Origin: Epithemia pelagica
Lineage: Eukaryota > Protista > Bacillariophyta
Direction of reading: 5' to 3'
Assembly (NCBI GenBank): GCA_946965045.2
Contig: OX337242.1
Coordinates: 1,860,001-1,924,000, forward strand
Length of the DNA stretch: 64,000 nucleotides
Shown here one piece after another: positions 31,842 through 44,238 of the stretch. Under the pieces are notes generated by a model that was given only the letters and a program-made list of their open reading frames with translations, had not been told where the DNA came from and searched no databases. Both the position numbers and the translations under genes were made by a program. The first letter of the stretch is position 1; each line of letters opens with the position of its first letter.

Positions 31842-33005
31842 ATGACTGTCAAATGGACTACAACCGGAACAATCCTCTGCCTCGCCGTAGTCTTGGTGGC
31901 GACCACGGTGCCGTTGGTGGCCGCGGCGGCACAGGTTCGAGAGGCTCGTGCGAGTCGACCACAACATTCTCATCGTCAGTTGCAAGATTCCCCACTCCCC
32001 GACGATCCCGTCGTTTTGAGGCAACTCATTGCCCAATACAATGCCACCTTGCAGGAATTGACACTGCAACAACAAGCCTTGATTCAAACGCAAACCGATT
32101 TGGCGGCGCAAGTGAACGTGTTGGAATTTGACGTGACGGATATGCAAGCCATTAATGCCAAGGTGGAGCAAGAAACGGCCAATCTCACACGGGTCACGGC
32201 CGACTTGCAACTCGCGACGCAAGAAACGCAAGCAACAGTGGACGAATTGACGGTGCAAGCCCACGCCTTGAATGAGACCACTCAAGACTTGCGAGAACAA
32301 GTGGATGCCTTGGTTCAAACGTTGCAATCGAGTCAAGCCAAAACGGTCGTTTTGGAAGATACCGCTCAAGAAGTGGAGCAAATTCTCCAGGATACGCAGA
32401 GTCAAACGGCGGTCTTGCAAGCCTTGGAGCAAAATTTTGCCTTTTTGACCATTTACTTGACCAATACCAATACGGACATTGCCCAAGAAACCTTTGCCAG
32501 TGTCCAAATGGCCTTGGCCTCGAGTATTGCACTGACCCGTGCCAATGCCTTTGACTCCCTGTACAATTGGTATTTGGACACGGTCAACACGTGGGATTGC
32601 CGCAATGCCGACTTTTTTGGAGATCAAGCCTTTTATACGCCCGAGGCCAATCAAGGTCGATCCATTGTCAGTGTGTCCAGTTTGCAAGGTCTCACCAGTG
32701 TCTTGGCCATTGTCGATGACCGTTTGTTGCAAGCCTTGTGTTTGGATCAAGAAGATTTTAATCGATTCTTGACCAACTTGTTTTATCCCACCTTGGCCTT
32801 TCCCGTGGCCTTGCAACAAGTTACCTATGCGCAAATTGAACAAGCCGTCTTGGACTATGGCAATCGCGCCCTGGCCTATTATGGCTTGCCCAACTGCAGC
32901 AATACCAGCAGTGACTGTCAAGTGTCGCCCACCGAATGGGAGCAAGCCAAGTTTGATTGTCACAATCTGCCGGTCCCCTATCGATGGATGAATGGCAGTC
33001 CCTAA
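31842..33005 (+). CDS. Secreted coiled-coil protein with C-terminal Cys motifs (paralog B)
   Basis: Signal peptide MTVKW...LVAAAA, RQLQD, coiled coil, then WDC...ALCLD...SPTEWE..KFDC. Confidence 0.78.
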   Translation: MTVKWTTTGTILCLAVVLVATTVPLVAAAAQVREARASRPQHSHRQLQDSPLPDDPVVLRQLIAQYNATLQELTLQQQALIQTQTDLAAQVNVLEFDVTDMQAINAKVEQETANLTRVTADLQLATQETQATVDELTVQAHALNETTQDLREQVDALVQTLQSSQAKTVVLEDTAQEVEQILQDTQSQTAVLQALEQNFAFLTIYLTNTNTDIAQETFASVQMALASSIALTRANAFDSLYNWYLDTVNTWDCRNADFFGDQAFYTPEANQGRSIVSVSSLQGLTSVLAIVDDRLLQALCLDQEDFNRFLTNLFYPTLAFPVALQQVTYAQIEQAVLDYGNRALAYYGLPNCSNTSSDCQVSPTEWEQAKFDCHNLPVPYRWMNGSP

Positions 33006-33490
33006 TGAATACTTGGACGTTGTCGTTGTCGGTGTCATTGGACCACGTATATAGAAATGTATCCCTGTGTCCAACGAACCATGCCTCAATTGGTTCCGGC
33101 CGTACCATGAAAATGTGTGTTTCAATACTCGAGGCTCTATCCGATTCCAATTCCATAAGATATAAATACATATGTGTTCTCCTTTGTGTATCAGAACGAA
33201 GTCTCTCTTTCTCTACTAGAGGGTGAAATGGTACACCGTAGATTCTCAGGCTATCATTCTCTACGAACTAACCTCCTTGGCACACAAGAACATGATTCCA
33301 ACCTACGATTTTCAGGAGCTCCCATGACTGGAGTACCAAGTAGTTCTTGGGTTCTCTCGTACATGCTACATATGATGTTGTCGAGAGTATTGCCGTTTCA
33401 CCAACAGTGATACGAGTTGTCCACACGTGCCTTGCTCGTACGATTCTTGTGAGAGAAAAACGTTGCTTTTCCGCCTCCAACACACCCAAT

Positions 33491-35381
33491 CTACTGGTTG
33501 TTGTTGTTCTTGTTCCTGGTAGATGCTGTGGCGGTGGCGTACAAGTCTCTCCATTGGTTCAAGAGTTTCTCTCGATTCCTCAAGGACGACGTGGCCTCCA
33601 GGGCTCGTCGTACATTCTCCAACAAGCGTTCCGGTGTCCGCACCCGAGACCAAAATGCCTGGCCCTGTTGGTGACTGTACTGCAGCAATTCCGTCATGAC
33701 TTGGTCCAGGTCGTCTTCTGTTTCTTGCGCAGGGGAACCCTGCTTGTGAGATAGGCACAGGGCCACCAAGACACCCGTGTAGGAAACCAAGGTTGGTTGT
33801 ATCACAGACGATGACGACTCTGGCATGGTTCTGTGGTCCTTGTGGTCGTCCGTGAGAGCCTGTTTGGCTTGCAAGGCCGACAAGCGTTCCAGTTCTCTCA
33901 AGAGGCCCAAGGCACGAGCCCCCGCCTCGCGTGTATTGGATTTGGCATAGGCGGAAATGACGGTATCAAAACTCGTGGCATCCATACCTTGCTTCGGCGT
34001 TTGGTTCTTGGTAGTAGTAGTAGTTTTGGGGCGAGAGGATGTGGTGGGATCAAAATAGGGCAGCATTTGACGCAGGGTGGCTTCGGCGTTGGGGGCCGCC
34101 TGCGGATGATTGGACCGCAACCAGGCGCGCAAGACGGCACTCATGTCGCGAATGGCCGGACGTTCGTACAGGGTCCATCCATTCCACGACGCAGTTGATG
34201 GCTGGTTCCATTCTTTTAGTACTTGGAGCGTCATTTCCGGATCTCCCGCTTGCGACCATGCTTCGAGACGAGTCCGAAAGGCTGTGGACAAATCCACATT
34301 GGCCGACGAGGACGACGATGTGGTGGCTTGGACATGGGTCGACGGTCTGTTTCGCAGTTCTTGAAAGACTTGTTCGGCTTTTTCGGGCTGTTGGTGTTTG
34401 GCATATCCATTCATGAGCGTCGTATAATGTTGAACATTGGGTTCAATCTGGAAAATTTGTTGCATTTCCTCAAACACTTGATGGGCACGCTCCATGGCTT
34501 GTGGATTGGTCGATTTGCCAAGTGCGGCCAATACGGCATGAACGATTTGGGCCGTTGGTTGAAACACGGGTGCTGCATTGTTCTTCCATGGTGTTGTGTC
34601 GCGTGGTCCTTGAGATTGGGGCTGCTGCTGATGCTGCTGATACTGATGCTGAAAAGCCTGTTGTTGTCGTTGCTGTTTCCATTGATTCCACAATTCTTCC
34701 ACCGGTTGTGTCACATCTCCGACCACGTTGGGATCGGATCGGACCCAGGCCCACAAGAGGGAACTGTACACTACGGCATTGGGTTGCAACTGATAGTCTT
34801 GTTGCATGACGTTGACAATGGCTTGTGCCCGAAAGGCTGCGTGTGGATGTTGGGAATTGGCCCAGGCTTCCAGGACAATGCCAAAAGGTTTTTGCAACAC
34901 CCTTCCTTGTTGTTGTTGTTGTGCGGCCAGGGGACTGGATTGCAACCACTGACAATACTGTTTCAGATACTCCTCACACTTTTCTGGTTGACCAACCTTG
35001 CTCCAGGCCAAAATCATGGCCATGTACGATTCGCCATTGGGTGTCATACCAGGGTCCGGCACGGTTGGAGCATTGGAGAATGAGGGTTGTGAGGACAGAC
35101 TGGATGCTTCACCTTCTTGTTGTTGTTGTTTTCGTCCTCGTGTCATGTAGTCCCACCATTCTTCGGCTTGGTGTGGTTGCCCCAAATGGGCATGGCAGGA
35201 CAAGACCTTGTTGTACAAAAAGACGGGTACCGGTGGTAAATTGCGACGGTCTCGTAAGGTTTGCAATCGTTCCAAGACTTGTTTCATGTAGGCCGGTGCC
35301 TCGGGTTGACCCGATTTGGCCCAGGCCGTCAAGACACCCTCCCACAAGGTCCCATTCAACAAGAGTTGATCTTGTTGTTGA

Positions 35382-35418
<37 letters not shown>

Positions 35419-37375
35419 GCTGTGGATCGAATCCAAACACATTCGAATCCGCCGCAGTGTCGTAGGATACGTGTCGTTGTGTTTCATTGTTCTTGTGGTT
35501 GGTGAGGTTGTGGTTGGTGAGGTTGTGGTTGGTGCGGTTGTGTTGGTGGACCGTATGATTGGTCATGGTCCCTTGTTCCATGGCGTGGAGCAATTGCATC
35601 AAGAGGGCTTCGGTGCGTTGCATGTCACCCACTTGGGCATAGACCCAGACCAGGGTGGAATAACAGACCCAATTGTGTTGCAGCCAGTCGACCGAATTGC
35701 TGGTCGTCGTGGATGGAAGCGACTGCGCCCAGCCTTGCATGGCATTCCAAAATTTGGTCGCCTCGTGCGCTCGTCCCTGGCGACCATAGGCCGTCAAGAC
35801 GGACGAAATGGCATGAGCATGCGGTTGAAACTGAACGTCATAGTGGTGGTCTTGATAGCGTTGACATTGGTCCCAGACCAATTGAGCCGCCCAATCGGCG
35901 GCATTTTTGGCGTGAGCGTGGTGGTCGGTCGTCAAGGAGGAGGAGGACGACGACGCACGAGGAGGCAAACGGGTGGTGGTCCCCTCTTGGTCTCGATCGA
36001 CGCGCACGGCATGGGCCAAGGCATGACAGACATGGGCCGTGGTACGTCCCGAATTCCAATCGGGACAGGTTTGTTGCATGATTTGATACAAGTGTTGAAT
36101 CCATTCCAACTGCGTGAATGATTGTGGTGATGGTGGAGGCAGGTTCAAGAGACTGGTATACACATTGGCCGTGGGTTGTTGATCGAGACGCCGTGTTTGG
36201 TGATACCAGTGTTCCAAGGCGTGCACCCATTCGTGGGCAATTTGAGATGGATCGAGCGGAGTAGTAGGAGTGGAATCTGTCGGTGTTAAATGTGCTGGCA
36301 ATGGTACATGTGCTTGTTGTTGGTGATGTTGATGACAGGCCACGCACAGTTGCACCAATCCATAGACGGTGGCCGATGTGGGATGATGAAGCGTATCGTG
36401 CGGATTGTGATGGGATCGTTCCACCATGGTGCAATGCATGGAAATGGCCGCTTGTAAAAACGTCCAGGGAGTTTCGTTAGTATTGTGTGTGGGAGAAACT
36501 CCTTGTCGTCGTTGTGGGTGTGTCAACTGTTGTGGTTGGGGTACGACTGATACGAATGATTGTGGAGACTGGAGCGTCACCCATTGTCCCATGACATGTA
36601 AAATCATGGCATACGCCGGAGGACGAATGGCATTGACCAAGCCACTGCGATGATAGCGTTCCAAACAGTCGTGCCACATGGTCCAGGGATGCAAGATAGA
36701 TGGAATGAATGGTGGTTGTGGATGTTGATGTGACGACGACAAGGCGTGGAGCACCGCCGTCCGCCAGGCGACGAGCGTGGCTCCCAAGAGGCCCCCGTCC
36801 AAGGGATGGTCCAAAAACGCGGGCCGTCGTACGGGGTGATGACTCTCATAATATTCGAGTTCGGCCGCCAGGCGATTCCAAATGTGCATCATGGATTCGA
36901 CGCGCTGCAATGGTGGTTGTAGAGTATTGTGACGACGCCGTAAGACGGTCAAGTATTCGGGCGCTTGATGCCAGTCCGTCACGGTGAGGGATCCGGGAGG
37001 TTTGGACAAGAATTGGTGCGCAAACTGGGACCACCGCGTCATGTAGTCGTCGTCGTTGTTGTTGTTGTTGTTGGTACCACTGGATTGTCGTGGTTGCAGA
37101 TGGGTGGTCCTGGGAACAGTGGCGGAAGATGAATGATTGGTCGTTCGTGTCGTCGATACCATGGTCCTTCGTGTCGTATGGATAGTTTGGTGGTTGTGCT
37201 TGTTTCTCCACGACGGCGGAGCACGGTTCCAGGAACGAATCACAATTTCTCCAACACCGGCATACAGGTTCGTTCGTCGTTTCGTCATGTGTACCAAACT
37301 CGACGTGCGACATTCCGGGACGGCGAATGCCGTGGTGGCTGTTGTTGCTGCGGTCACCAACGGTCGACGACTCAT
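33491..37375 (-). CDS. Pentatricopeptide-repeat (PPR) protein, probably organelle-targeted
   Basis: PPR motifs such as PTANVYTSLL, HAISSVLTAYGRQG, CYSTLVWVYAQVG and PNVQHYTTLMNGYAKHQQPEKAEQVFQEL. Arg/Thr-rich N-terminus. Confidence 0.92.
35372..35422. repeat. (GTT)n microsatellite encoding poly-Q in the PPR protein
   Basis: About 17 trinucleotide units. Confidence 0.85.
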
Positions 37376-37632
37376 ATCACGAGACAGACAAGCAATACAA
37401 TCAAGAATAGTATAGATACAAGAGATATGACATGCAAGGCGAACAAACGCAATATAAAATAGACAACAATGAATTCACGTCTTGCGACCCTCGAAAAGAT
37501 CCCAAAGATCTTTGGGTCACCGGACGGACGTGACGATCCAAACGCGATCAATTCAATCGCGTTTAGATCGCTCCAGGACAACCACACACCATCTGGGGAA
37601 GATTCCAAACGAAGCGGCAGACACAAAAGACC

Positions 37633-39219
37633 ATGAGCGTCAACCACGAGCTCACCGCCATTTTTTTCAGTGTCTCCTTGTTGTTATTATTATTTCTTGG
37701 TTTGCCCTTGTGGCGTTGGTTGGGGGATTGGTTGCGGTTTGGTGGTCGGCGGCAGTTCCAACCAGAACGTGGTGCTACGACTAATACTACTGTTCGGTAT
37801 ACTCGTTCGCAGTGGCCATCGTCGTTGTCGTCGTCGTCGTCCAGCCCCTCGCGTGTTTTGGTGTGGCCCGCAAGTATCATCCTGATCCTCATGTGGTCTC
37901 TCTGGTCCTCACAATCGGGCCGAGCCACGAGCAGACTGTCGTCGAGTGGTGGACCACGAGGAGGAATTTGGAGAATCATGGCAGCAGCCGAGGCCTTCTC
38001 GATGCCACTCCCCATCCGGAGGAGGAGGATTCACCACCATCATTCAAGAACATCTGTCCAGTTGTGGGGTCGTCGTCGACGTCGACCGGGTTCAGTAGCG
38101 TCCATGGGGACCACAACGACTGGTCGGGACGGCAACAACGAAACAACCACAACGACTGGCTTGACGTGGGAACAATTTGAATTTGGTCCTGCTCCCAAGG
38201 CCGATGGCCGCTTTTACGAAACCACCAACTCGACTACAACCACTACCACCACCAATCCATCCACAAAAACCAAACAAGAAACCTTGGAAGAATTGCGAGC
38301 ACACGAACGAGCCGTGGATGCCCAAGCGGCCCAGAATCATGCCGCCGTGGGACAAGCGTGGAAGGCCGTGCCATCCGCCACCCTCCAACAAGCCACGGCC
38401 TTGTTGCGTCCGTACATGAGTGACGATCGGTGGAATCGTATGCACACCGTCTGGCAACAACGCACCCGTCATGTCCACTTTGTCTTTGAAAACCCCAGCA
38501 ATCCCTCCAATGTCTGGGCCTGTTTGCGCACCTTGGATTCCTTTGGCATTCAACATGCTCACATTGTCATGGATCCCGACGCCTATGCCGAGGCCGGACC
38601 GGCTACCTTGAAACAAAAACAAGGCATGCGGACCGCCATGGGCAGTGCCCAATGGCTCACCATTCATCATTACCATGCCTCCTCCCAAGAGGCCCTGGAA
38701 ACCATTCACCAACAATTTCGGTTGGAACGACAAGAAAACGAACCAACCGCCCCCGAATCCTTCGTGTCGTCATCATCGACCACCACCGATGCAACCACCC
38801 AGGACCGTGGTCGTCGGTCGTGTTTTGTCTTGGCATCGGATCTCAATCCGAATGCCGTGGATATACGTGAGGTGGATTGGTCGCAATTTGGCGATACACC
38901 CTTGTGCATTGTCATGGGCAATGAAGAACGAGGCATTTCCTCCACCATGCGCGAGGAATTGGCCGACATGACCTTTACCTTGCCCATGTGTGGCTTTGCC
39001 GAATCCTTCAACTTGTCCGTCGCCACGGCCATTACCTTGGCCCATTTGAGTGCGGCCTCGTCCAACAATGGGGGTCCATTGCGACCCGGTGATTTGTCGC
39101 CTCGCGAATTGCAAATTCTGCAAGTCAAGGGCGCCTTGCACAGTGTCGCTCAAAAACGCATGGCCACGACCCTCTTGAAACAACATGGCATTGTCTTGCC
39201 ACCCTTGCAATCGCCCTAA
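37633..39219 (+). CDS. trmH: SpoU/TrmH-family tRNA 2'-O-methyltransferase, probably plastid-targeted
   Basis: HFVFENPSNPSNVWACLRTLDSFG, IVMGNEERGIS and TLPMCGFAESFNLSVATAITL (SPOUT motifs). Hydrophobic N-terminus with AEA-FS, resembling the diatom ASAF motif. Start codon uncertain. Confidence 0.85.
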   Translation: MSVNHELTAIFFSVSLLLLLFLGLPLWRWLGDWLRFGGRRQFQPERGATTNTTVRYTRSQWPSSLSSSSSSPSRVLVWPASIILILMWSLWSSQSGRATSRLSSSGGPRGGIWRIMAAAEAFSMPLPIRRRRIHHHHSRTSVQLWGRRRRRPGSVASMGTTTTGRDGNNETTTTTGLTWEQFEFGPAPKADGRFYETTNSTTTTTTTNPSTKTKQETLEELRAHERAVDAQAAQNHAAVGQAWKAVPSATLQQATALLRPYMSDDRWNRMHTVWQQRTRHVHFVFENPSNPSNVWACLRTLDSFGIQHAHIVMDPDAYAEAGPATLKQKQGMRTAMGSAQWLTIHHYHASSQEALETIHQQFRLERQENEPTAPESFVSSSSTTTDATTQDRGRRSCFVLASDLNPNAVDIREVDWSQFGDTPLCIVMGNEERGISSTMREELADMTFTLPMCGFAESFNLSVATAITLAHLSAASSNNGGPLRPGDLSPRELQILQVKGALHSVAQKRMATTLLKQHGIVLPPLQSP

Positions 39220-40027
39220 CCACAACAACACAACAACAACAACAACAAGAAACAAAACGAAACCAGGACAGTATTTCATCCCGACTATATACCTATGAGA
39301 CACTACGACTGGTGTGTTGCTGCTCCTATTTTTTCAGTTCGTGTATTCTGGAACGACATCTGCCATGACCACCACCAAGACTCCAAAGGTGGAGATTCGG
39401 CATGAGTATTTCTCCACCACAGACGATGACTGCAATTGCCGTAGGTTCGCAATTGTGGACGGTTGAAAATTGGTCGCACAGCGAATCATGCTAGTTCCAA
39501 ACGCCTCATACCTTCTCCTCCAAAGGGCAGGTTTCTTTCTTGATAGAAATCTAAAATAAATCTAACAACGAACCTGGTGGTCTTGTCGTCCTACGCGTAG
39601 AGAGGATATAGAGAGGAGGATGGAATTGGCTCTATTGCATTGGGTGGATGGAGGCCATCCGCTATTAGTGAGGTAAAAGCCCCTGGCAGTCTAGAAGTTC
39701 AACAGACTACTTCATGAGTTGCAGTGGCATTTGTGGGAGGCCGTTATGCCGCGGGTGCCAAGTTTCGATGACGATTGGATTTGAACAAGGCTGTCACGAC
39801 ATCTCGATCCATGGCATGCCATACCTTGGCAATCGTCTGTTGCGTCCCAAACGCAGTCGTTGCCGTAGTAGTTGACGAAGGCGGTGTCGCCGCAGAAGCA
39901 GAAAAGGGATGAGGATGGTGATGGGTGGTACCATTAGTGTTGCCATTGTTGGTGTTGTTGTGGTTGTCCTGGTTGTGGTGATGGAACAGGGGTTGGTTGT
40001 GGCTGGCAGTGTTGTTGGTCGCCTGTG

Positions 40028-41146
40028 TCACGGTAGGACTGTTGTTGATGTTGTTGTTCTTTTCTTGAAACCACAATCAATGCGTGACAAGCACGTCAGG
40101 GACAAGACGGATATCAAGGTCAAACAAACATCATCGGACAAACTGCTGCTATGTTGCAAGAGACTGGCAAATAACAAATGCGCCATTTCCAAGGACAATT
40201 TGGCCTGACACAAAAAGTGGTGCGGATACAGGGGATCCCACCAGGCCGGTGCCACACTGTGGAGCAAAAATTGTTCCACTTGCACCAAGGGTGGTAGCAA
40301 GTTCCACAAGACGGTCGTTGTCGACAAAGAGGAGGAAGGGGGTGATGGGGTGGTGGTGGTGGTGGATATCAATGGTGTGAGGAGCATACCCAATGGTTGG
40401 GGGAGCACCACCCTGGAAGATGGATGAGGAGTGTGTGGTGTCAAGGCCGCTGCGACGGCCAAAGCCATGCGATGTTGAAGGAAGGAAGCAATTCCGAGAT
40501 TGTTATAGAGAATACCACACAATTTTTGCTGGGCACGAGTATCATCCAGATTGTTGTTGGAATGGAAATACAAGGGCGATGGACTTTCCATGTGAATGTC
40601 TCGAATGTAGACAGGATGAAGAATCAATCGTTCCTGTGGACATGCTTGTTGTGAACTGGAACAGGACGACGACGACGACGAAGAAGAAGAAGAAGCCGAG
40701 GGGTCCACGGCCGATAAGATGGAATGAATTTCATCGTATTCAACAGCGCGGACTTGAAAGGGTAGAAAATGTTCTTGTTCTGTTGTGAGATTCGATGGAA
40801 TGGAGGAACCAAACAAGGTTGCGTTGCGAATCATGTTTTCAACCAGCAAGCACAGAAATTTGTTCTGCGGAGGGTTACAAGAGGAGGAAGTCGAAGGGGA
40901 ACAGGATGGAGCGACAGCTGCTGAAACGCCACCGGAAGAGTTGATTCGTAGGACGTCTTTGATGAGCTGCATGGCATAGGACGGTTGTCCTTTTTCCATC
41001 AAGTGGACCGCCATATTATTCAAAGCAAGAGTTCCCCTCCACACATCCCCTGGAACGATGGAAGTCATCCTTTCATGGACTCGTCTGTGATGGACTTTGT
41101 GTCTCTTTGGTTTGAATGGAAATGGATATGGAAATGAGAAGGGCAA
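40028..41146 (-). CDS. Hypothetical helical protein; possibly continues in an exon at 39744-40076
   Basis: 372-aa ORF with TLALNNMAVHLMEKG and ILYNNLGIASF helical (TPR-like) segments. Confidence 0.55.
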   Translation of the reverse strand: MPFSFPYPFPFKPKRHKVHHRRVHERMTSIVPGDVWRGTLALNNMAVHLMEKGQPSYAMQLIKDVLRINSSGGVSAAVAPSCSPSTSSSCNPPQNKFLCLLVENMIRNATLFGSSIPSNLTTEQEHFLPFQVRAVEYDEIHSILSAVDPSASSSSSSSSSSCSSSQQACPQERLILHPVYIRDIHMESPSPLYFHSNNNLDDTRAQQKLCGILYNNLGIASFLQHRMALAVAAALTPHTPHPSSRVVLPQPLGMLLTPLISTTTTTPSPPSSSLSTTTVLWNLLPPLVQVEQFLLHSVAPAWWDPLYPHHFLCQAKLSLEMAHLLFASLLQHSSSLSDDVCLTLISVLSLTCLSRIDCGFKKRTTTSTTVLP

Positions 41147-41658
41147 CCTTTCTGTTCAACATTGAGACGATTCGATCACGAAGAATGTTTGTTTTCTTGG
41201 TTATATGAGAGATTTGATAATGAAGTGGTTGAATGTTGAGGGTGGTCCTTGTTTCACTTCTTCTGTTTCTTTTTCTTCTTCTGTCTTCTCTTCTTTGTTG
41301 ACGTATTTGATCGTTTGTCGTGTCATTCGCTCGGTTGATCGATATTGGCTGAGACATGTTCCGGAAGAAGTTGGGCAAGAGAAGCCGAAACCAGAAAAAG
41401 TGGCTTGATGATGTATCGGCAGGTGGTCCGCGGTGCGAACAGTGAGAAAGCGAACGTTGGGGTTGGGCACGTGCTATCTTCTATGTCTCCATCTGGTCCC
41501 GACCGTGGCATGACGTGTCTGTTGATCTTGGTCGCCCACAGGCCCTCTAACATAACACGTGCTCAATATAAGAACCTTCGAAGGATCTTTCTTGATTCTT
41601 GATTCTAAGTCGGGCGAACCTTCTAATAACTCTGAAATGAAAAAGCCTTGTTCCCACC

Positions 41659-41922
41659 TCAGCTCCCATTGCCACGCCCTCCAGTCTTGGTTGCATTCAG
41701 TATACAATGAAATGTACTAGGTAGCAAGAACATCATCTCAATTGAGTCCCAGGACCCAGGACATGTTGCATCTTCATCCATGAGAGGGGCCTGTTCTAGC
41801 TCCGGTTCATTTTCCTGCGAGGAAGCATCTTCCGTGATCAATATCTTTGCCGTGGCTGATCTTTCGTGCACTTGTGTGACCGCTGTATCTGCGTTTGTTT
41901 TTTCGAGAGTATGTGTTCCCAC
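41659..41922 (-). pseudogene. Fragment paralogous to the N-terminus of the adjacent DEG/ENaC gene
   Basis: TQVHERSATAK...ENEPELEQAPLMDED versus DQVHESTTTK...ENEAEVEQAPLLGED, with matching DNA-level similarity. No channel domain follows. Confidence 0.5.
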
Positions 41923-42476
41923 GCTGTCATGGTGAATGCGATCACCTCGCCATGGTCACAAAATCACTTACAAGAAGAAATATCATACACTCCTCTACGA
42001 GAGTCGTCCTCCATCCTTGACAATACCATAAGTAGATGTGCTGAAGTAAGCGCTAGGAATTGATGCTAGGCTTCCTACCTATTGTACTCGATACACAGAT
42101 CACATAGAGTAGGAGTATACAGTTTGTACTCCTAGCTCCTCGCTAATAGAACCTGAAAGCCTTCAGGACTAAGGTAATAGCATATCCAACGAATATGCAT
42201 ATACCATATGTAGAGAGCCGTCTTCGAGTGGTACGGCGGCAGTGTACCAGATTCGTTCTTAGAATATCCAGAAACCCGCACAATGATTAAAGTTACAAGA
42301 ATTCATGAGAGGTGATCATGAAGAATCAGATGGAGCATGTTCAATTTTTCGGATCGCTCCTTTGTTCCTCAGTTAAAGCGATTCTCCATGATCGAAGATC
42401 GAAATGCAAAATCTTCAATTGTCACTCCGACTCATAGAAATCGAGACTATACTTAATGGTTAAAAAAAGATGTGCA

Positions 42477-44026
42477 CTAACTTCCAGTCGGTCTAGAACC
42501 GATACCGTACAGTTGTCGAACTCCAAATCGACGAGGGATAAGCCTCATCATCAATAAATCGCCCACGACTTCGAATACACTCAGTACAGAGATTCCCAAG
42601 AATAACCCCATCGAACCTCCAATTGAACCCAGCAGTTGAGCGGTTGTGACAGCCTTTGATTCTCTGAATTCGTCATACTGTATCACATCAAAGTTTATGC
42701 GAACAGAGGCAAAATTGCGAAGAAATTCAGCCGTCGTCCAATTGTACAGCTCCTCAGATACTGCCAGGTTTGCTTCTGAATTGTCAATCTCCGTCACTGT
42801 GGTCATGTACTTTTCTTCCGAACATGGCGGAAGGCTGCATTCACACAGCGCATAGGTATCACTGTGCTTTGCTCCAACAAAAACATTGCAAGGTGGCTTT
42901 GACCAATCTTCGTCCACCGTGCAAAAGTCCATGTCAGGTTCCAAAGGGTCGTGTGGGAATTTGCAGCCACAGGTTTCCCGAATAGCCTCGTTGGCGCACT
43001 CATCTACACATCGAGCATTTGAATATTTTGGCGCTTCACTGAAGCATCGCTTCCATGGCGCCTTTCGCTCACGGTTGTGGATCGATTTTCGCAGTCGTAC
43101 ATATGATATTTTTCCCGGTCTGATAACCTCAAAGGGTAGCTGGTTGTTGATAGGTGTTCCTGGTTGTTCGACGAAAATGGCAAATCCAGATTCAATCTGG
43201 AGAGGTGAATAGATCGCTTGGTTGAGGTTAAGCCTTACAATAAAGCCTGTATAAGCAATGTGACAACTCTGCTGTTCAGTACGGTTTGAACAAAGCAAAC
43301 TTCAGTGTTCCATACGCCTAATGACAATCAGTGACCATACGTACCTCCGGATATCCCTGGTACATAGATCTTCTCATCTGTATGGAATTGGTAGCATAGA
43401 CCGTACGACGTCACAACCTCTTTCCACGCTAGCGAAATATCCAACGGTTGATCATTGAATGATGAGAAAAAAACCAGGTCTTCCAATGGTTGTGCCAACA
43501 ATCGCAGTTCCTCAAGATTTTTGGGTTCGGTGATGTTGAGGGCAGTTTGCGCTGAATAGTTGTATCTGTTCATGTTGCAAACTGTCACTTCTGGAAAGCT
43601 AAGGGAAGAGGGGTATACCGTGAATATATCTGTCTGGACGTCATGGCTTGTGTATTCGGCGACAAGCGTTCCAATCTGCCATACCATGAGTGCAAAGCTT
43701 GTTAAGACCAAGCTCAGCCAAATCAACCGTCTCCAGCATTTGAATGTGTTGCGATCCAAAACATTGGCCAGCCCGTGAATACTAGTGCCTTGGGCCCATT
43801 CATTCACAACATCGTAAACTTCAGCGTCTTCTCCAAGTAATGGAGCCTGTTCTACCTCTGCTTCATTTTCTAGCGCAACAACGTCATTCGTTGTCATATT
43901 CTTAGTCGTTGTGCTCTCATGCACTTGGTCGGTCACTAGATCGGTGCTTTCGATATCTTCAGTACAGACCGTCATGGTTGATGGTTCATTCCCTCTTCCG
44001 TCATGCAGATCTTTCCCTGTCGTCAT
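42477..44026 (-). CDS. DEG/ENaC (ASIC-like) sodium-channel family subunit, 2 exons
   Basis: TSIHGL (HG motif), TM1 RRLIWLSLV, FPEVTVCNMN, YGLCYQF, Cys-rich thumb, and TM2 GSIGGSMGLFLGISVLSVFE. Intron 43344-43247 (GTACGT...TACAG) is in phase. Confidence 0.92.
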
Positions 44027-44238
44027 TGTTGAAACACAATCCCTACCAAGTGCCGTACAAGCAACAAAAGGATCGATAACTTCTTATTGTTGATAGAATG
44101 AGCACTTGGTGCCCTCGTTACCACTAGATCTACTATGACTCTTTTTCTTTCGCGTCACCAGCTGCCACGTGTTCTCGTCATCCATTTTCGCCTGTTCTTT
44201 GTCCTTAGTCGCACATCCGACTCCAGCTACCTCCAACA
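44027..44238 (-). repeat. 3' LTR
   Basis: 212 bp, identical by eye to 50042-50253. Preceded on the minus strand by the purine tract GAAAAGGAGTG (44239-44249). Confidence 0.95.

Noticed and set aside
31806-33125. Long antisense ORFs (also 22740-23636, 34223-35083, 35261-36121, 38092-38733, 6230-7225)
   Set aside because: They overlap well-supported genes and look like codon-bias shadows with no motifs.
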